A stretch of DNA of 64,000 bases, from the IMG/VR virus record IMGVR_UViG_3300029787_000026, one strand, 5' to 3'. Source of the stretch: an uncultured virus (IMG/VR IMGVR_UViG_3300029787_000026) (lineage: Duplodnaviria > Heunggongvirae > Uroviricota > Caudoviricetes > Crassvirales). The translations under genes and the position numbers were made by a program. Positions 25,973-35,726 of this stretch are shown piece by piece. The notes under the pieces are model-generated. The model was not told the origin of the DNA. It saw nothing but the letters and a program-made list of their open reading frames with translations, and searched no databases. The first letter of the stretch is position 1. The number at the start of each line of letters is the position of its first letter.

Positions 25973-27481
25973 ATGAGTCAAAATGTAAGCCCGTTATTCG
26001 GGACAATCAAGCCGTCTCAGAAACAACAAATACTAGATTCTAACTATTTGTCGTTTAACGGAGGCGCAAATCCAGGTGATTCTGATTCATTTGCTCAGCA
26101 ATATCTACCCGAAATCTACGAACAAGAAGTAGAGAGATACGGTAACCGAACGTTATCTGGTTTCTTAAGAATGGTAGGCGCTGAAATGCCAATGACATCA
26201 GACCAAGTTATCTGGTCAGAACAAAACAGATTACACATCGGTTACGAAGGTTGTGATAACGACCAAGTAAACACAATAACAATTCCTGTAGACCTAGCTC
26301 CAGCTGATCCTAAAGATTATGTAGCTAACGTTATATCTCCAAATCAAACTATCGTTATGATGGACGAGACTGGACAAGAAGCTAAAGGTGTTGTTACTGC
26401 AAGTAACACTGCAACTGGTGCGTTAACTGTAGCTGTATACGGTGCAGCTGATCTTTCTAACTTAGCAACTACAAATATTAAAATATTTGTTTCAGGTTCT
26501 GAGTATGGAAAAGGAAGCTCTATCGCTAACAACACTGCTGGTGCAGGTGCTGTTAATGGTTATCAAAGTATAACACCATCATTTACTCAGTTCTCTAATT
26601 CACCAATCATTATCAGAAACAAATATGTTGTATCTGGTTCTGACACTGCTCAGATCGGTTGGGTTGAAGTAGCTACTGAAGATGGAACATCAGGATATTT
26701 ATGGTATTTAAAAGCTGAGTCTGAAACAAGACTTAGATTTGAAGATTATCTAGAAATGTCTGTTGTTGAAGGTGAGTTAGCTGATGCTGTGGGTGCTCCT
26801 GCTGGATCTGCTGCTGCTGCTGGATTCAAAGGTACTCAAGGTTTATTTGCTGCTATCGAAGATAGAGGTAATATTAACGTTGGGTTTAACGCTGCTCCTG
26901 TTGGAGGTGTTTCTCAGTTAGATTCTTTCGATTCTATTCTTAGGAACTTAGATACTCAAGGTGCTATCGAAGAAAATATGCTTTTCTTAAACAGAGAAAC
27001 TGCATTATCTTTTGATGACATGCTTGCTGGTATTTCTGCTGGAGGCGAAGGTGGTACTGCTTATGGTTTATTTGAAAACTCTGAGCAAATGGCACTTAAC
27101 TTAGGATTCTCTGGTTTCAGACGAGGTTCTTATGATTTCTATAAAACAGACTGGAAATACTTAAACGACGCTTCTACAAGAGGCGCGATTGAGACTGCTC
27201 CAGTTGTTGGATACGGTGTAAGTTCTATTGACGGTGTATTAGTACCGGCTGGAACATCTACTGTTTATGACCAAATTTTAGGTACAAACATTAGACGACC
27301 ATTCCTACACGTGAGATATAGAGCATCACAAGCTGACGACAGACGAATGAAGTCTTGGTTAACAGGTTCCGTTGGTGGAGCGTTCACATCTGATCTTGAT
27401 GCGATGGAAGTAAACTTCCTATCTGAAAGATGTTTATGTGTACAAGCTGCTAACAACTTTGTTTTATTCAAAGGCATCTAA
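25973..27481 (+). CDS. Major capsid protein
   Basis: Position after scaffold, 502 aa, strongly biased codons, followed by a stable hairpin. Confidence 0.8.
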   Translation: MSQNVSPLFGTIKPSQKQQILDSNYLSFNGGANPGDSDSFAQQYLPEIYEQEVERYGNRTLSGFLRMVGAEMPMTSDQVIWSEQNRLHIGYEGCDNDQVNTITIPVDLAPADPKDYVANVISPNQTIVMMDETGQEAKGVVTASNTATGALTVAVYGAADLSNLATTNIKIFVSGSEYGKGSSIANNTAGAGAVNGYQSITPSFTQFSNSPIIIRNKYVVSGSDTAQIGWVEVATEDGTSGYLWYLKAESETRLRFEDYLEMSVVEGELADAVGAPAGSAAAAGFKGTQGLFAAIEDRGNINVGFNAAPVGGVSQLDSFDSILRNLDTQGAIEENMLFLNRETALSFDDMLAGISAGGEGGTAYGLFENSEQMALNLGFSGFRRGSYDFYKTDWKYLNDASTRGAIETAPVVGYGVSSIDGVLVPAGTSTVYDQILGTNIRRPFLHVRYRASQADDRRMKSWLTGSVGGAFTSDLDAMEVNFLSERCLCVQAANNFVLFKGI

Positions 27482-27498
27482 TATTTATATAAGGTACA

Positions 27499-27534
27499 AG
27501 GGCACCAAAAAGCTTAATGCTCAAAAGGTGCCCT
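27499..27534 (+). terminator. Stem-loop after the capsid gene (attenuator or mRNA 3' protector)
   Basis: AGGGCACC/GGTGCCCT stem enclosing A-rich bulges and an AGC/GCT mini-stem; T-rich sequence shortly downstream. Confidence 0.55.
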
Positions 27535-27568
27535 GACCCTTATTTTAACTTTTATATTATATTATATT

Positions 27569-28342
27569 ATGACAAAAGAAAAAAAAGTGTCTTCACACCT
27601 TGAAGCAGGGTGGGAGATAAAAGACAGACACTATTATGTTTTAGGTAAGTATAATCCTTTAACATTAACTATACCATCAAGACACGGTAAAAGATACCCT
27701 TTAACTTGGTTTGATGAAAAAAAAGGTGGAGTAAGAGAATTAAGATACGCTACTAATCATTCTAGTCCGTTTGTAGATGAACAAAAAGGTGAGGCTACAC
27801 TAGGACATATTATGTTTAAAAAAGGTGCGTTACACGTACCTAAACAATATCAAGCATTACAAAAATTACTTTCACTATACCACCCTCTATTGGGTAAAAA
27901 ATATGCAGAAGTCAACACTGTTGCTGATGCTGAAAGTGATCTAGATTATATGGCAGTAGAAATAGAAGCGTTAAACGCGGCTGCTAATATGGATATAGAT
28001 TTAGCTGAAGCAATATTAAGGGTTGAGTTTGGTAACAAAGTATCTAAATTAACTTCAAAAGAGTTAAAGAGAGATATAATTATTTATGCTAAAAGAAATC
28101 CTAAATTGTTTTTAGATCTTGCTAATGATGAAAATATTGAGCTTAGAAACTTTGCTATAAAAGCAACAGAAGCTAAAATAATCTCTTTGTCACAAGATCA
28201 AAGAACATTTAATTGGGCTAGTAATGGCAAGAAATTAATGACAATACCATATGATGAAAATCCTTATTCTGCTATGGCTGCATTCTTTAAAACCGACGAC
28301 GGGGTTGAAGTTTACAAATCAATAGAGAAAAAGTTTAAATAA
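27569..28342 (+). CDS. Hypothetical protein in the head module
   Basis: 257-aa ORF. Confidence 0.8.
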   Translation: MTKEKKVSSHLEAGWEIKDRHYYVLGKYNPLTLTIPSRHGKRYPLTWFDEKKGGVRELRYATNHSSPFVDEQKGEATLGHIMFKKGALHVPKQYQALQKLLSLYHPLLGKKYAEVNTVADAESDLDYMAVEIEALNAAANMDIDLAEAILRVEFGNKVSKLTSKELKRDIIIYAKRNPKLFLDLANDENIELRNFAIKATEAKIISLSQDQRTFNWASNGKKLMTIPYDENPYSAMAAFFKTDDGVEVYKSIEKKFK

Positions 28343-28354
28343 CATGTAATCTTA
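28326..28354 (+). promoter_or_regulatory. Possible class II promoter AGAAA-N15-GTAATCTTA
   Basis: Degenerate copy with the correct offset, upstream of tail genes. Confidence 0.4.
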
Positions 28355-28386
28355 ATATAAGGCGGTTTCGGCCGCCTTTATATTAA
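28352..28386 (+). terminator. GC-rich hairpin with TTCG loop
   Basis: TTAATATAAGGCGGT-TTCG-GCCGCCTTTATATTAA. Confidence 0.65.
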
Positions 28387-28400
28387 CTTAAAAATATAAA

Positions 28401-29165
28401 ATGGTAAACGTAAACACTGTATATTCAACCGTGTTGTTAATTCTAAATAAAGAACAACGTGGTTATATGACGCCACAAGAATTTAACAGCGTGGCAGATC
28501 AAGTACAATTGCAAATATTTGAGCAATACTTTGAAGACTTAAATCAACAATTACGTGTACCTCAAGCGGATGTAGACTATGCTGATAGACAAATGAACAT
28601 TGATGAAAAATTATCTATATTTAAAAACTCCGCTACACTTTCCTACACTTCTAATTACTTTACAATACCACAAACTATAACAAATAGTTTAGGCCAATCC
28701 GTTGAATTCTATAGATTAGGTTTAGTTACATACACTAATCCTTTTGGTGAAATTAAAGAATTAGAAAGAGTTAATAGAACTGATTTTTACAACGCACAAA
28801 GTTCTCCTTTTTTAGCTGCTACAGATGAGTTTCCTGTTTATCTATACGAAGGTGAAAAATTATACGTGTCACCAAATAACATTAACACAAGCAATGTAAT
28901 TAGTATAGATTTTGTTAGAAAACCTATATCACCGCTATGGGGTTTTAGCGTGGGTAGCAGAGGTCAATATGTTTACGACAGTGAGCAGTACGACTCAACA
29001 GCAAACCCACCCACTGGTTCTATACAATTTGAACTTCACCAATCAGAACAAACAAGTTTAATATTAAGAATATTAGCTTATGCTGGTGTAATTGTAAAGG
29101 ATCCACAAATAATACAAGTAGCTACACAGCAAGTAATGCAAGATGAAGCAAACGCAAAAAGTTAA
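28401..29165 (+). CDS. Tail adaptor/ring protein
   Basis: LNKEQRGYMTPQEFN N-terminal helix and YEGEKLYVSP..IDFVRKP pattern typical of podovirus ring proteins. Confidence 0.6.
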   Translation: MVNVNTVYSTVLLILNKEQRGYMTPQEFNSVADQVQLQIFEQYFEDLNQQLRVPQADVDYADRQMNIDEKLSIFKNSATLSYTSNYFTIPQTITNSLGQSVEFYRLGLVTYTNPFGEIKELERVNRTDFYNAQSSPFLAATDEFPVYLYEGEKLYVSPNNINTSNVISIDFVRKPISPLWGFSVGSRGQYVYDSEQYDSTANPPTGSIQFELHQSEQTSLILRILAYAGVIVKDPQIIQVATQQVMQDEANAKS

Positions 29166-29169
29166 CTAA

Positions 29170-30681
29170 ATGGCATTAATACAAGAAAACAATAGGCAAT
29201 ATTACGAAGGAGCTCAATCATTTCAGACTGTTATTGATCAATTTGAATTTACTACAACATTTGATACTAAGTTAAAGTTTTTAAGTGATGATCCTAGTAA
29301 TCAAAACTATAATCAAAACAACTTTAAAATATATAAAAGTGGTAATGGTTTACCAGGTAGCTATGAAGAGTTAAACTTTACAAACAATCAATTTAGAGTA
29401 ACTGGTAATACAATAAGCTTTTTAGGTACAGGTTTTACAACAAACACTTCCGCATCTCCACCAGGCGCTGCTCAAGCTGTATTTACGGTTCCAGCGGGTG
29501 GAATAATACCTAAAGTTGGTATGAAGTTTTTTGCTGAAGGCTCTAATGTATTATGGACACCAGGTTCTACAGGTGTAAAATATGCTATATTAAGCGATGT
29601 ATCTTACGACGCTACTACTAATAAATATACTGTTTTATGGCCACAACCACTTTATGGCACATTGCTTTATGGTGGCGGAAGTACTCTTACTACATTTGAA
29701 TATTATACACCCTTTGCCTTAGATACATATATTGTAGTACAATTAAAAAAATTAGATGGAGGTAAATATGGTACCACATTAAATGATAAAGCATTTGGAG
29801 ATGTTGTTGAGGAAAATTATGGAAGCTATGCCTACGTTAAATTAAAAGATATTATAAATAATTTTTTAGTTGCTTATGTTGGGGCGGGTAAATTAATACC
29901 TAGTGTAAAAAGAACTGATTTAATATTCTTTGCTAAACGCGCAATGCAAGAATTTAGTTATGACACGTTAAAAAGTATTAAAAGCCAAGAGCTTACAATA
30001 CCTCACAGTCTAAGTGTTATATTGCCTCAGGATTATGTTAACTATGTTAGCATGGGTTGGTATGATAGCCAAGGAGTAAAACACCCTATATATCCATCAA
30101 ATAACTTAACACAAAGTCCTTATAGAATGCCTTTACAAGATGGCAAAGGCGTTCCTATTCAAGATGTTTATGATGCTAATATTTCTGGAACATCTATAGT
30201 AGAAGAGAGATGGGGCACAAATGCTTATAGATATTTTAACCAATTAGTAGACGAAACTTGGTTAGGTTATCTTTTACAATTTGGGGACTGGGGTTTTGGA
30301 TTATACGCGGGCTACGGTGAGCTTTACGGTATGGATCCTCAATATGCTAACTATAACGGTTGGTTTAACATGAATGAAAGAGAGGGTAAGATAAGTTTTT
30401 CTGCAAACCTTAGAGACAAAATAATAATACTAGAATACATATCAGATGGTCTAGCTTACGACTTAGATACTAAAGTTCCTAAGTTAGCGGAAGACGCTAT
30501 GTACTCAGCAATACTATATTCCATACTATCAACAAGAGCTAATCAACCAGAGTATGTGGTTATGAGGTTTAAAAAAGATAGATATGCTAAATTAAGAAAT
30601 GCTAAAATAAGATTATCAAATATTAAACTTGACGAGATAGTGCAGGTTATGCGTGGTAAATCTAAATGGATAAAACACTAG
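29170..30681 (+). CDS. Tail ring/structural protein
   Basis: LPQDYVNYV and ILEYISDG motifs; position between adaptor and nozzle. Confidence 0.6.
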   Translation: MALIQENNRQYYEGAQSFQTVIDQFEFTTTFDTKLKFLSDDPSNQNYNQNNFKIYKSGNGLPGSYEELNFTNNQFRVTGNTISFLGTGFTTNTSASPPGAAQAVFTVPAGGIIPKVGMKFFAEGSNVLWTPGSTGVKYAILSDVSYDATTNKYTVLWPQPLYGTLLYGGGSTLTTFEYYTPFALDTYIVVQLKKLDGGKYGTTLNDKAFGDVVEENYGSYAYVKLKDIINNFLVAYVGAGKLIPSVKRTDLIFFAKRAMQEFSYDTLKSIKSQELTIPHSLSVILPQDYVNYVSMGWYDSQGVKHPIYPSNNLTQSPYRMPLQDGKGVPIQDVYDANISGTSIVEERWGTNAYRYFNQLVDETWLGYLLQFGDWGFGLYAGYGELYGMDPQYANYNGWFNMNEREGKISFSANLRDKIIILEYISDGLAYDLDTKVPKLAEDAMYSAILYSILSTRANQPEYVVMRFKKDRYAKLRNAKIRLSNIKLDEIVQVMRGKSKWIKH

Positions 30682-30687
30682 AATTAA

Positions 30688-33600
30688 ATGGCTGAAGTTA
30701 AAAATGCTTTTATAAAGTCTAAGATGAATAAAGACTTAGACGATCGATTGCTACCTAGCGGCGAGTACAGAGACGCTATAAATATAGCAATTAGTAGGTC
30801 AGAGGCTTCAGATGTTGGAGCTTTAGAAAATGTTATAGGTAATACTGCTTTAGTTGATTTTTGGCAGGACGTTGAAGACGATGTAACTTGTATAGGAACT
30901 TTTGTTTCAGAAGATAAAAATACTATATTTTTCTTTATGACAAGCAATAACGGCGAAGCATATGATCCAGGAGCAACTCAAGCTATAGTAAGTATAAATA
31001 CAGGTAGTGGAAGTAATCAATTAACTTTACATGTACAAGATGAGTTTCTTAATTTTTCAACATTATATCCTGTAATAGGTGTAAACTTATTAGAAAATTT
31101 ATTATTTTTTACAGATAATAGAAATCAACCTAGACGTATAGATATTACAAAACCAGATAATTATTATTTTAATGAAGATCAAGTTAGTGTTGCTTCTTAT
31201 AATCCTTATCAACCTATTGATCTTTGGCAACCTAGTGCTTTAGCTCCATCAGCTTCGGTTCCTTACGAAACAACAATGAAAGATGTTGTTAACGAATACT
31301 ATCCAGGTGGTGGTGGTGAGCTTACGCCAGTGGCGGATAATACAGGGGTTTCATTTAATGTTGACGGTGCGAGTGTGATAGGTAACCCGGTTGTAGGTGA
31401 TCAAGTAGAGTGGGCTAGTGATCAAGGTGTACCAACTACTATAATTGAAATTATACAACAAAATCCTTCTCCACCAGGTACACAGTTGTGGGCTATAATT
31501 ACAGATAACAGTAACGCACAGTGGTTTACAAATGAAGTTGTTACGTTCAATAAAAACCCTTATTTCAATATTGATTTTCAAGGTGATCCTGATTTCTTAC
31601 AAGATAAGTTTGTAAGGTTTAGTTATAGATTCCAGTTTGAAGACAACACGTATTCATTAATGGCTCCTTATACACAAGAAGCTTTTATACCAAAACAAGA
31701 TGGTTATTTTTTAAATGAAACAGAATTTGATGATCCAACAACGAGTGTAAACGAAGATCAAGAACAAGCATATAGAAGTACGGTTGTTGATTTTATGGAA
31801 AACAAAGTTAATCAAATAACTTTAAAAATTCCACTACCATCAATAGGACAAAATCTTATAAATAATTTTAAGATAAAAAATCTTCAAATATTATTTAAAG
31901 AATCTGATACACAAGCAATACAAGTTGTTGACACTATAGAGGCTACAAGAGTTGCTGCTGTTGCTGATGCAACCACGGTATTTACTTATGACTATAATTC
32001 TACAAAACCTTTTCAAACACTACCATCAAACGAAATAATTAGGGTTTACGATAAAATACCTGTAAAAGCCTTTGGTCAAGAAGTTATAAGTAATAGAATA
32101 GTTTACAGTAATTTTCAAACAAAGCATTCACCACCTGCTTCAATAGATTATAATGTTAATGTTTCTGAAAAACAAAATTTTGACGTTGAAGATATTATAG
32201 ACGGCACTAACTACCCAGTGCAATGGAAAACAAGTTATGTAGAATATCCTAATCATTCTTTAAAGCAAAATAGAAATTATCAAGTTGGTTTTGTTTTATC
32301 TGATAGATACGGTAGAACGTCTACTACTATATTATCTAATGATGGTACAGATTCTGCTGCTGGTTTATCCACTGTATATGTACCGTATAGAAACCCAAAT
32401 CAACCTCAAGGAGACGAGGTTGCTTCAGTGTGGCCAGGTGATTCTTTAAAAATTAATGTAAACAATATAATACCTACAGCACCAGTTTTAACTTCTGGTA
32501 ATTTTTATCCTGGTGTTTATAACGGTAACAAACAAAGTCCTGATTATAATCCATTAGGTTGGTATTCTTATAAAATTGTAGTAAAACAAAACGAACAAGA
32601 GTATTATAATGTATATTTACCTGGTATATTAAATGGTTATCCTCAGCAAAACTCCGCTGGTACTGATCCACCTCCACCATTTCCAACGGGTGAAGAAAAT
32701 TATACAGCCAATGTTGTATTAATAAATGATAATATAAATAAAGTACCAAGAGATTTATCGGAGGTAGGACCAGAACAAAAACAATTTAGAAGTTCCGTAA
32801 GATTATTTGGTAGAGTTACAAACCTACCAGTCACTCAACAAGGCCAAGCCGCTGTTACTCCAGCAACTGCTAACACTCAGTTTTACCCAGGTGTATTTGC
32901 TCATATTGTAAGTAATATAGCAACAACAGCTGATTCAAACATGGAATTTGAGACTTTAAGCGCTACTGGTCAAGAGAATTTATATCAAATAGACACAAAA
33001 CCTTTAATAGCTAGAATTACTACAACAAGAGGTGTTAATGATCCTATTAACATAGGTGTTGTAACAACCGGCTCTGGTGGATTAGGAATAATGACCCCTC
33101 AACTAGCTATATATGAGACAGAACCTAATATATCTAGATTAGACATATATTATGAAACTACTACATCAGGTTTAATTAGTGATTTAAATTTTGTTGTAGA
33201 AAACAATACAAGTATTGCAGCTGGCTTAGACAACTATAACTTCTTTTTAGAAGAAAGCGCAAGCTTAAATTATAGTGAAGCTACTGGTGCTCCTTTTACA
33301 GATCCAGCAGGTGCTGATATACCTATAAATCTTTACCCAGGTTTACAAGCTTTAGGAATATTTGCTTCTAGAGTACAAGGTTCTGCAAATAGAACTGCAA
33401 GATTTCCAAAAACAGACTGGCAAGGAAATGAAGACAGAATATTAAACACAGTACCTGTAGGAAATACAACTGGTTCACCTACAGTAACTAGTGTTGTTGA
33501 TGATGGTAACGCATACTTAGTAACAGTTGTTGGTGGTGCTTTCGGTACTCCTAACAGTGGTATACAAACTAAGTTTGTGGGTATATCATCTACCAACGCT

Positions 33601-35697
33601 AATGGTAATTTTGCTCCAGAAGATTCTGGTGGCACACCAATACCATATACTATTATAGCTACAGACGCTGCTGGTAATGATATTTTTAGCGCCGTTGATG
33701 GTTTAGGTAATGATGTTACTAATTATTTTCAATTAGTTAGAGTTAAGCATGGTGATATAATGCTTGATGGTAGTACAGGTAATCAACCTTATTCTTATGA
33801 TAGTTATTATATAGCAACTAAAGGACAGTATTTTTACAAAGATGGTTTTTCACCTAACGATGTAGCTAACACATATCAGTTTAGTTTTAGTGTTATAGAA
33901 GCAGATCAGTCTGGTATACCTGTTCCAGGAGCAACACCTTCATCATTTACAGTTAGTAATAATCAATTGACAAATGTTTCTTCTTTAATAGCAAATCCTT
34001 TTGCAACACGAAATTATTCTTTTCAAGAAGGTCAAGGCCCACCGACCAACGCACCTATGTATGATTTTATAGGGTACAATGGTTCAAATATAAATAATCA
34101 AACACAGCAAATACAAGGTGATTTAATGTATGAGCATGATTTGATTTGGAATCTTACTAGCGTACAAGTTGGTGGTCAAGCAGTACCTAACAGTCCGTTT
34201 GATATAACAAACTATCAAGATCCAACCACAGGAAAAAGATATGGTAGATTAACACAAGACGGAACAGCAATAGGTGCTTATGATTTAACAGTTACTTTAA
34301 CTGATTCTAATGGCAGTATAGACACGTCAACGTTTCAAGTTATATTTGGAGAAACACCTTTAACAGGTTCTTTAGGTTCTAATGGACAAGTATTCCAATT
34401 TGGTGTTGGTGAAGCTACTACAATATTTTTTACTGGTCCAATAAGCGCTGGAACCGCTTTTAGTCAAATGAATTTTGCAGACCAAGGTTTTGTGGCTATA
34501 CCACAAGCAGGGGCTACAGGTGGACCTCAATTTCCAGCAAGCCCAGCAGGTAACACCAATGGTTTTACAAGCAGTGAAGCGTGTGCTGATTGTAACGAAA
34601 CACCTGTCAACTGCAACACTACAACCTCAGCGTACAATCACAGCGTTTTTAGATTTGCTAGTGGATCTTTAGCCACAGGTTACACACTAACACAAGGTTT
34701 AGTAGATGGTACGGCTTATATAAATATTACTTTAATATCACAAAATACTAATACGTTTTGTAGTAACGATGGTGGATTTGGAAATGATGAGGGTATTAGT
34801 GGCCCAGCAAGCAATTTTAATTATCTGTATAGTTTTGGAAGTTTTAATATAGATTACAAACCTCAAAATGGAACTCAATGGCAACCAGCGGTAGATTTAA
34901 ATGGCGATTATACAGGGGCTATATCTCCTTCAAGTGTGCAGGCAAGTTATTCTAAAGGTGAGTGGAGAGTATCAGCTTTAAACACTGGCGATTGGATTTA
35001 TGGTCAATTATATTCAAATACTAACACGACTGCCGGCGGTGGTAGTTTAAACGGTGTTGGTATGTGGGAAACAAGAATTCCTACATTAACCTCAAACACG
35101 GGAACACCCTCATCTTGCTATGCGTCAAGAACATTCGCGTTTGATACGCCTGGTGATTATAGAATAGTAACTAATAACATGAACAATAACAACTGGAAAT
35201 GCAACACTCAGCTTTGTGGTCAAACTTCCGGTTTCGATAGCGGCAATTTAACGGCTGGTTTTCAAAACGGTTTTAAAGTTACATGGGGTGATTTTTATTA
35301 TGACTTTGGTAATCAAAGGGCGTTTGCATATAGAGTAAGTTTTCCTTCGTCTTCAGTCAATCCAAGTGCTGGAAATACAGTTGTGTATGCTAAAGAGCCT
35401 TTGTTTAGATATATTACACAGTTTTATACAGATACAGCTTTAACCATACCTAAGACTTGGAGTAACGGTGGAACAGTAAATGTAAGAACAGTTGGAAGTG
35501 GTGGCACTAATTTTGAAGAAGCTGGTAACTGGTCTAGTGGACAGCAACCCACAAATTATCCGTTTGAATTTGCTGGAAAAGGAGGAGGTAACCCAGGTAA
35601 TCAAAATCAACAAAATCAAGAGTTAAGACAATGGCTTATGGATGTAAGCGCAAATGGAACTGTAACCGCTGGCAGTCAAGTGCCTCGAACAAGTTAA
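30688..35697 (+). CDS. Tail nozzle/stabilisation protein N-part with long variable C-terminal extension
   Basis: MNKDLDDRLLPSGEYRDAINI start, LLFFTDNRNQPRRI, RFSYRF, NRIVYSN. Confidence 0.65.
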   Translation: MAEVKNAFIKSKMNKDLDDRLLPSGEYRDAINIAISRSEASDVGALENVIGNTALVDFWQDVEDDVTCIGTFVSEDKNTIFFFMTSNNGEAYDPGATQAIVSINTGSGSNQLTLHVQDEFLNFSTLYPVIGVNLLENLLFFTDNRNQPRRIDITKPDNYYFNEDQVSVASYNPYQPIDLWQPSALAPSASVPYETTMKDVVNEYYPGGGGELTPVADNTGVSFNVDGASVIGNPVVGDQVEWASDQGVPTTIIEIIQQNPSPPGTQLWAIITDNSNAQWFTNEVVTFNKNPYFNIDFQGDPDFLQDKFVRFSYRFQFEDNTYSLMAPYTQEAFIPKQDGYFLNETEFDDPTTSVNEDQEQAYRSTVVDFMENKVNQITLKIPLPSIGQNLINNFKIKNLQILFKESDTQAIQVVDTIEATRVAAVADATTVFTYDYNSTKPFQTLPSNEIIRVYDKIPVKAFGQEVISNRIVYSNFQTKHSPPASIDYNVNVSEKQNFDVEDIIDGTNYPVQWKTSYVEYPNHSLKQNRNYQVGFVLSDRYGRTSTTILSNDGTDSAAGLSTVYVPYRNPNQPQGDEVASVWPGDSLKINVNNIIPTAPVLTSGNFYPGVYNGNKQSPDYNPLGWYSYKIVVKQNEQEYYNVYLPGILNGYPQQNSAGTDPPPPFPTGEENYTANVVLINDNINKVPRDLSEVGPEQKQFRSSVRLFGRVTNLPVTQQGQAAVTPATANTQFYPGVFAHIVSNIATTADSNMEFETLSATGQENLYQIDTKPLIARITTTRGVNDPINIGVVTTGSGGLGIMTPQLAIYETEPNISRLDIYYETTTSGLISDLNFVVENNTSIAAGLDNYNFFLEESASLNYSEATGAPFTDPAGADIPINLYPGLQALGIFASRVQGSANRTARFPKTDWQGNEDRILNTVPVGNTTGSPTVTSVVDDGNAYLVTVVGGAFGTPNSGIQTKFVGISSTNANGNFAPEDSGGTPIPYTIIATDAAGNDIFSAVDGLGNDVTNYFQLVRVKHGDIMLDGSTGNQPYSYDSYYIATKGQYFYKDGFSPNDVANTYQFSFSVIEADQSGIPVPGATPSSFTVSNNQLTNVSSLIANPFATRNYSFQEGQGPPTNAPMYDFIGYNGSNINNQTQQIQGDLMYEHDLIWNLTSVQVGGQAVPNSPFDITNYQDPTTGKRYGRLTQDGTAIGAYDLTVTLTDSNGSIDTSTFQVIFGETPLTGSLGSNGQVFQFGVGEATTIFFTGPISAGTAFSQMNFADQGFVAIPQAGATGGPQFPASPAGNTNGFTSSEACADCNETPVNCNTTTSAYNHSVFRFASGSLATGYTLTQGLVDGTAYINITLISQNTNTFCSNDGGFGNDEGISGPASNFNYLYSFGSFNIDYKPQNGTQWQPAVDLNGDYTGAISPSSVQASYSKGEWRVSALNTGDWIYGQLYSNTNTTAGGGSLNGVGMWETRIPTLTSNTGTPSSCYASRTFAFDTPGDYRIVTNNMNNNNWKCNTQLCGQTSGFDSGNLTAGFQNGFKVTWGDFYYDFGNQRAFAYRVSFPSSSVNPSAGNTVVYAKEPLFRYITQFYTDTALTIPKTWSNGGTVNVRTVGSGGTNFEEAGNWSSGQQPTNYPFEFAGKGGGNPGNQNQQNQELRQWLMDVSANGTVTAGSQVPRTS

Positions 35698-35721
35698 AAC
35701 AGTGAAAAACAAGTAATTATA
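35693..35721 (+). promoter_or_regulatory. Class II promoter GTTAA-N15-GTAATTATA
   Basis: Between two genes, fixed 20-nt offset. Confidence 0.55.
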
Positions 35722-35726
35722 ATAAT

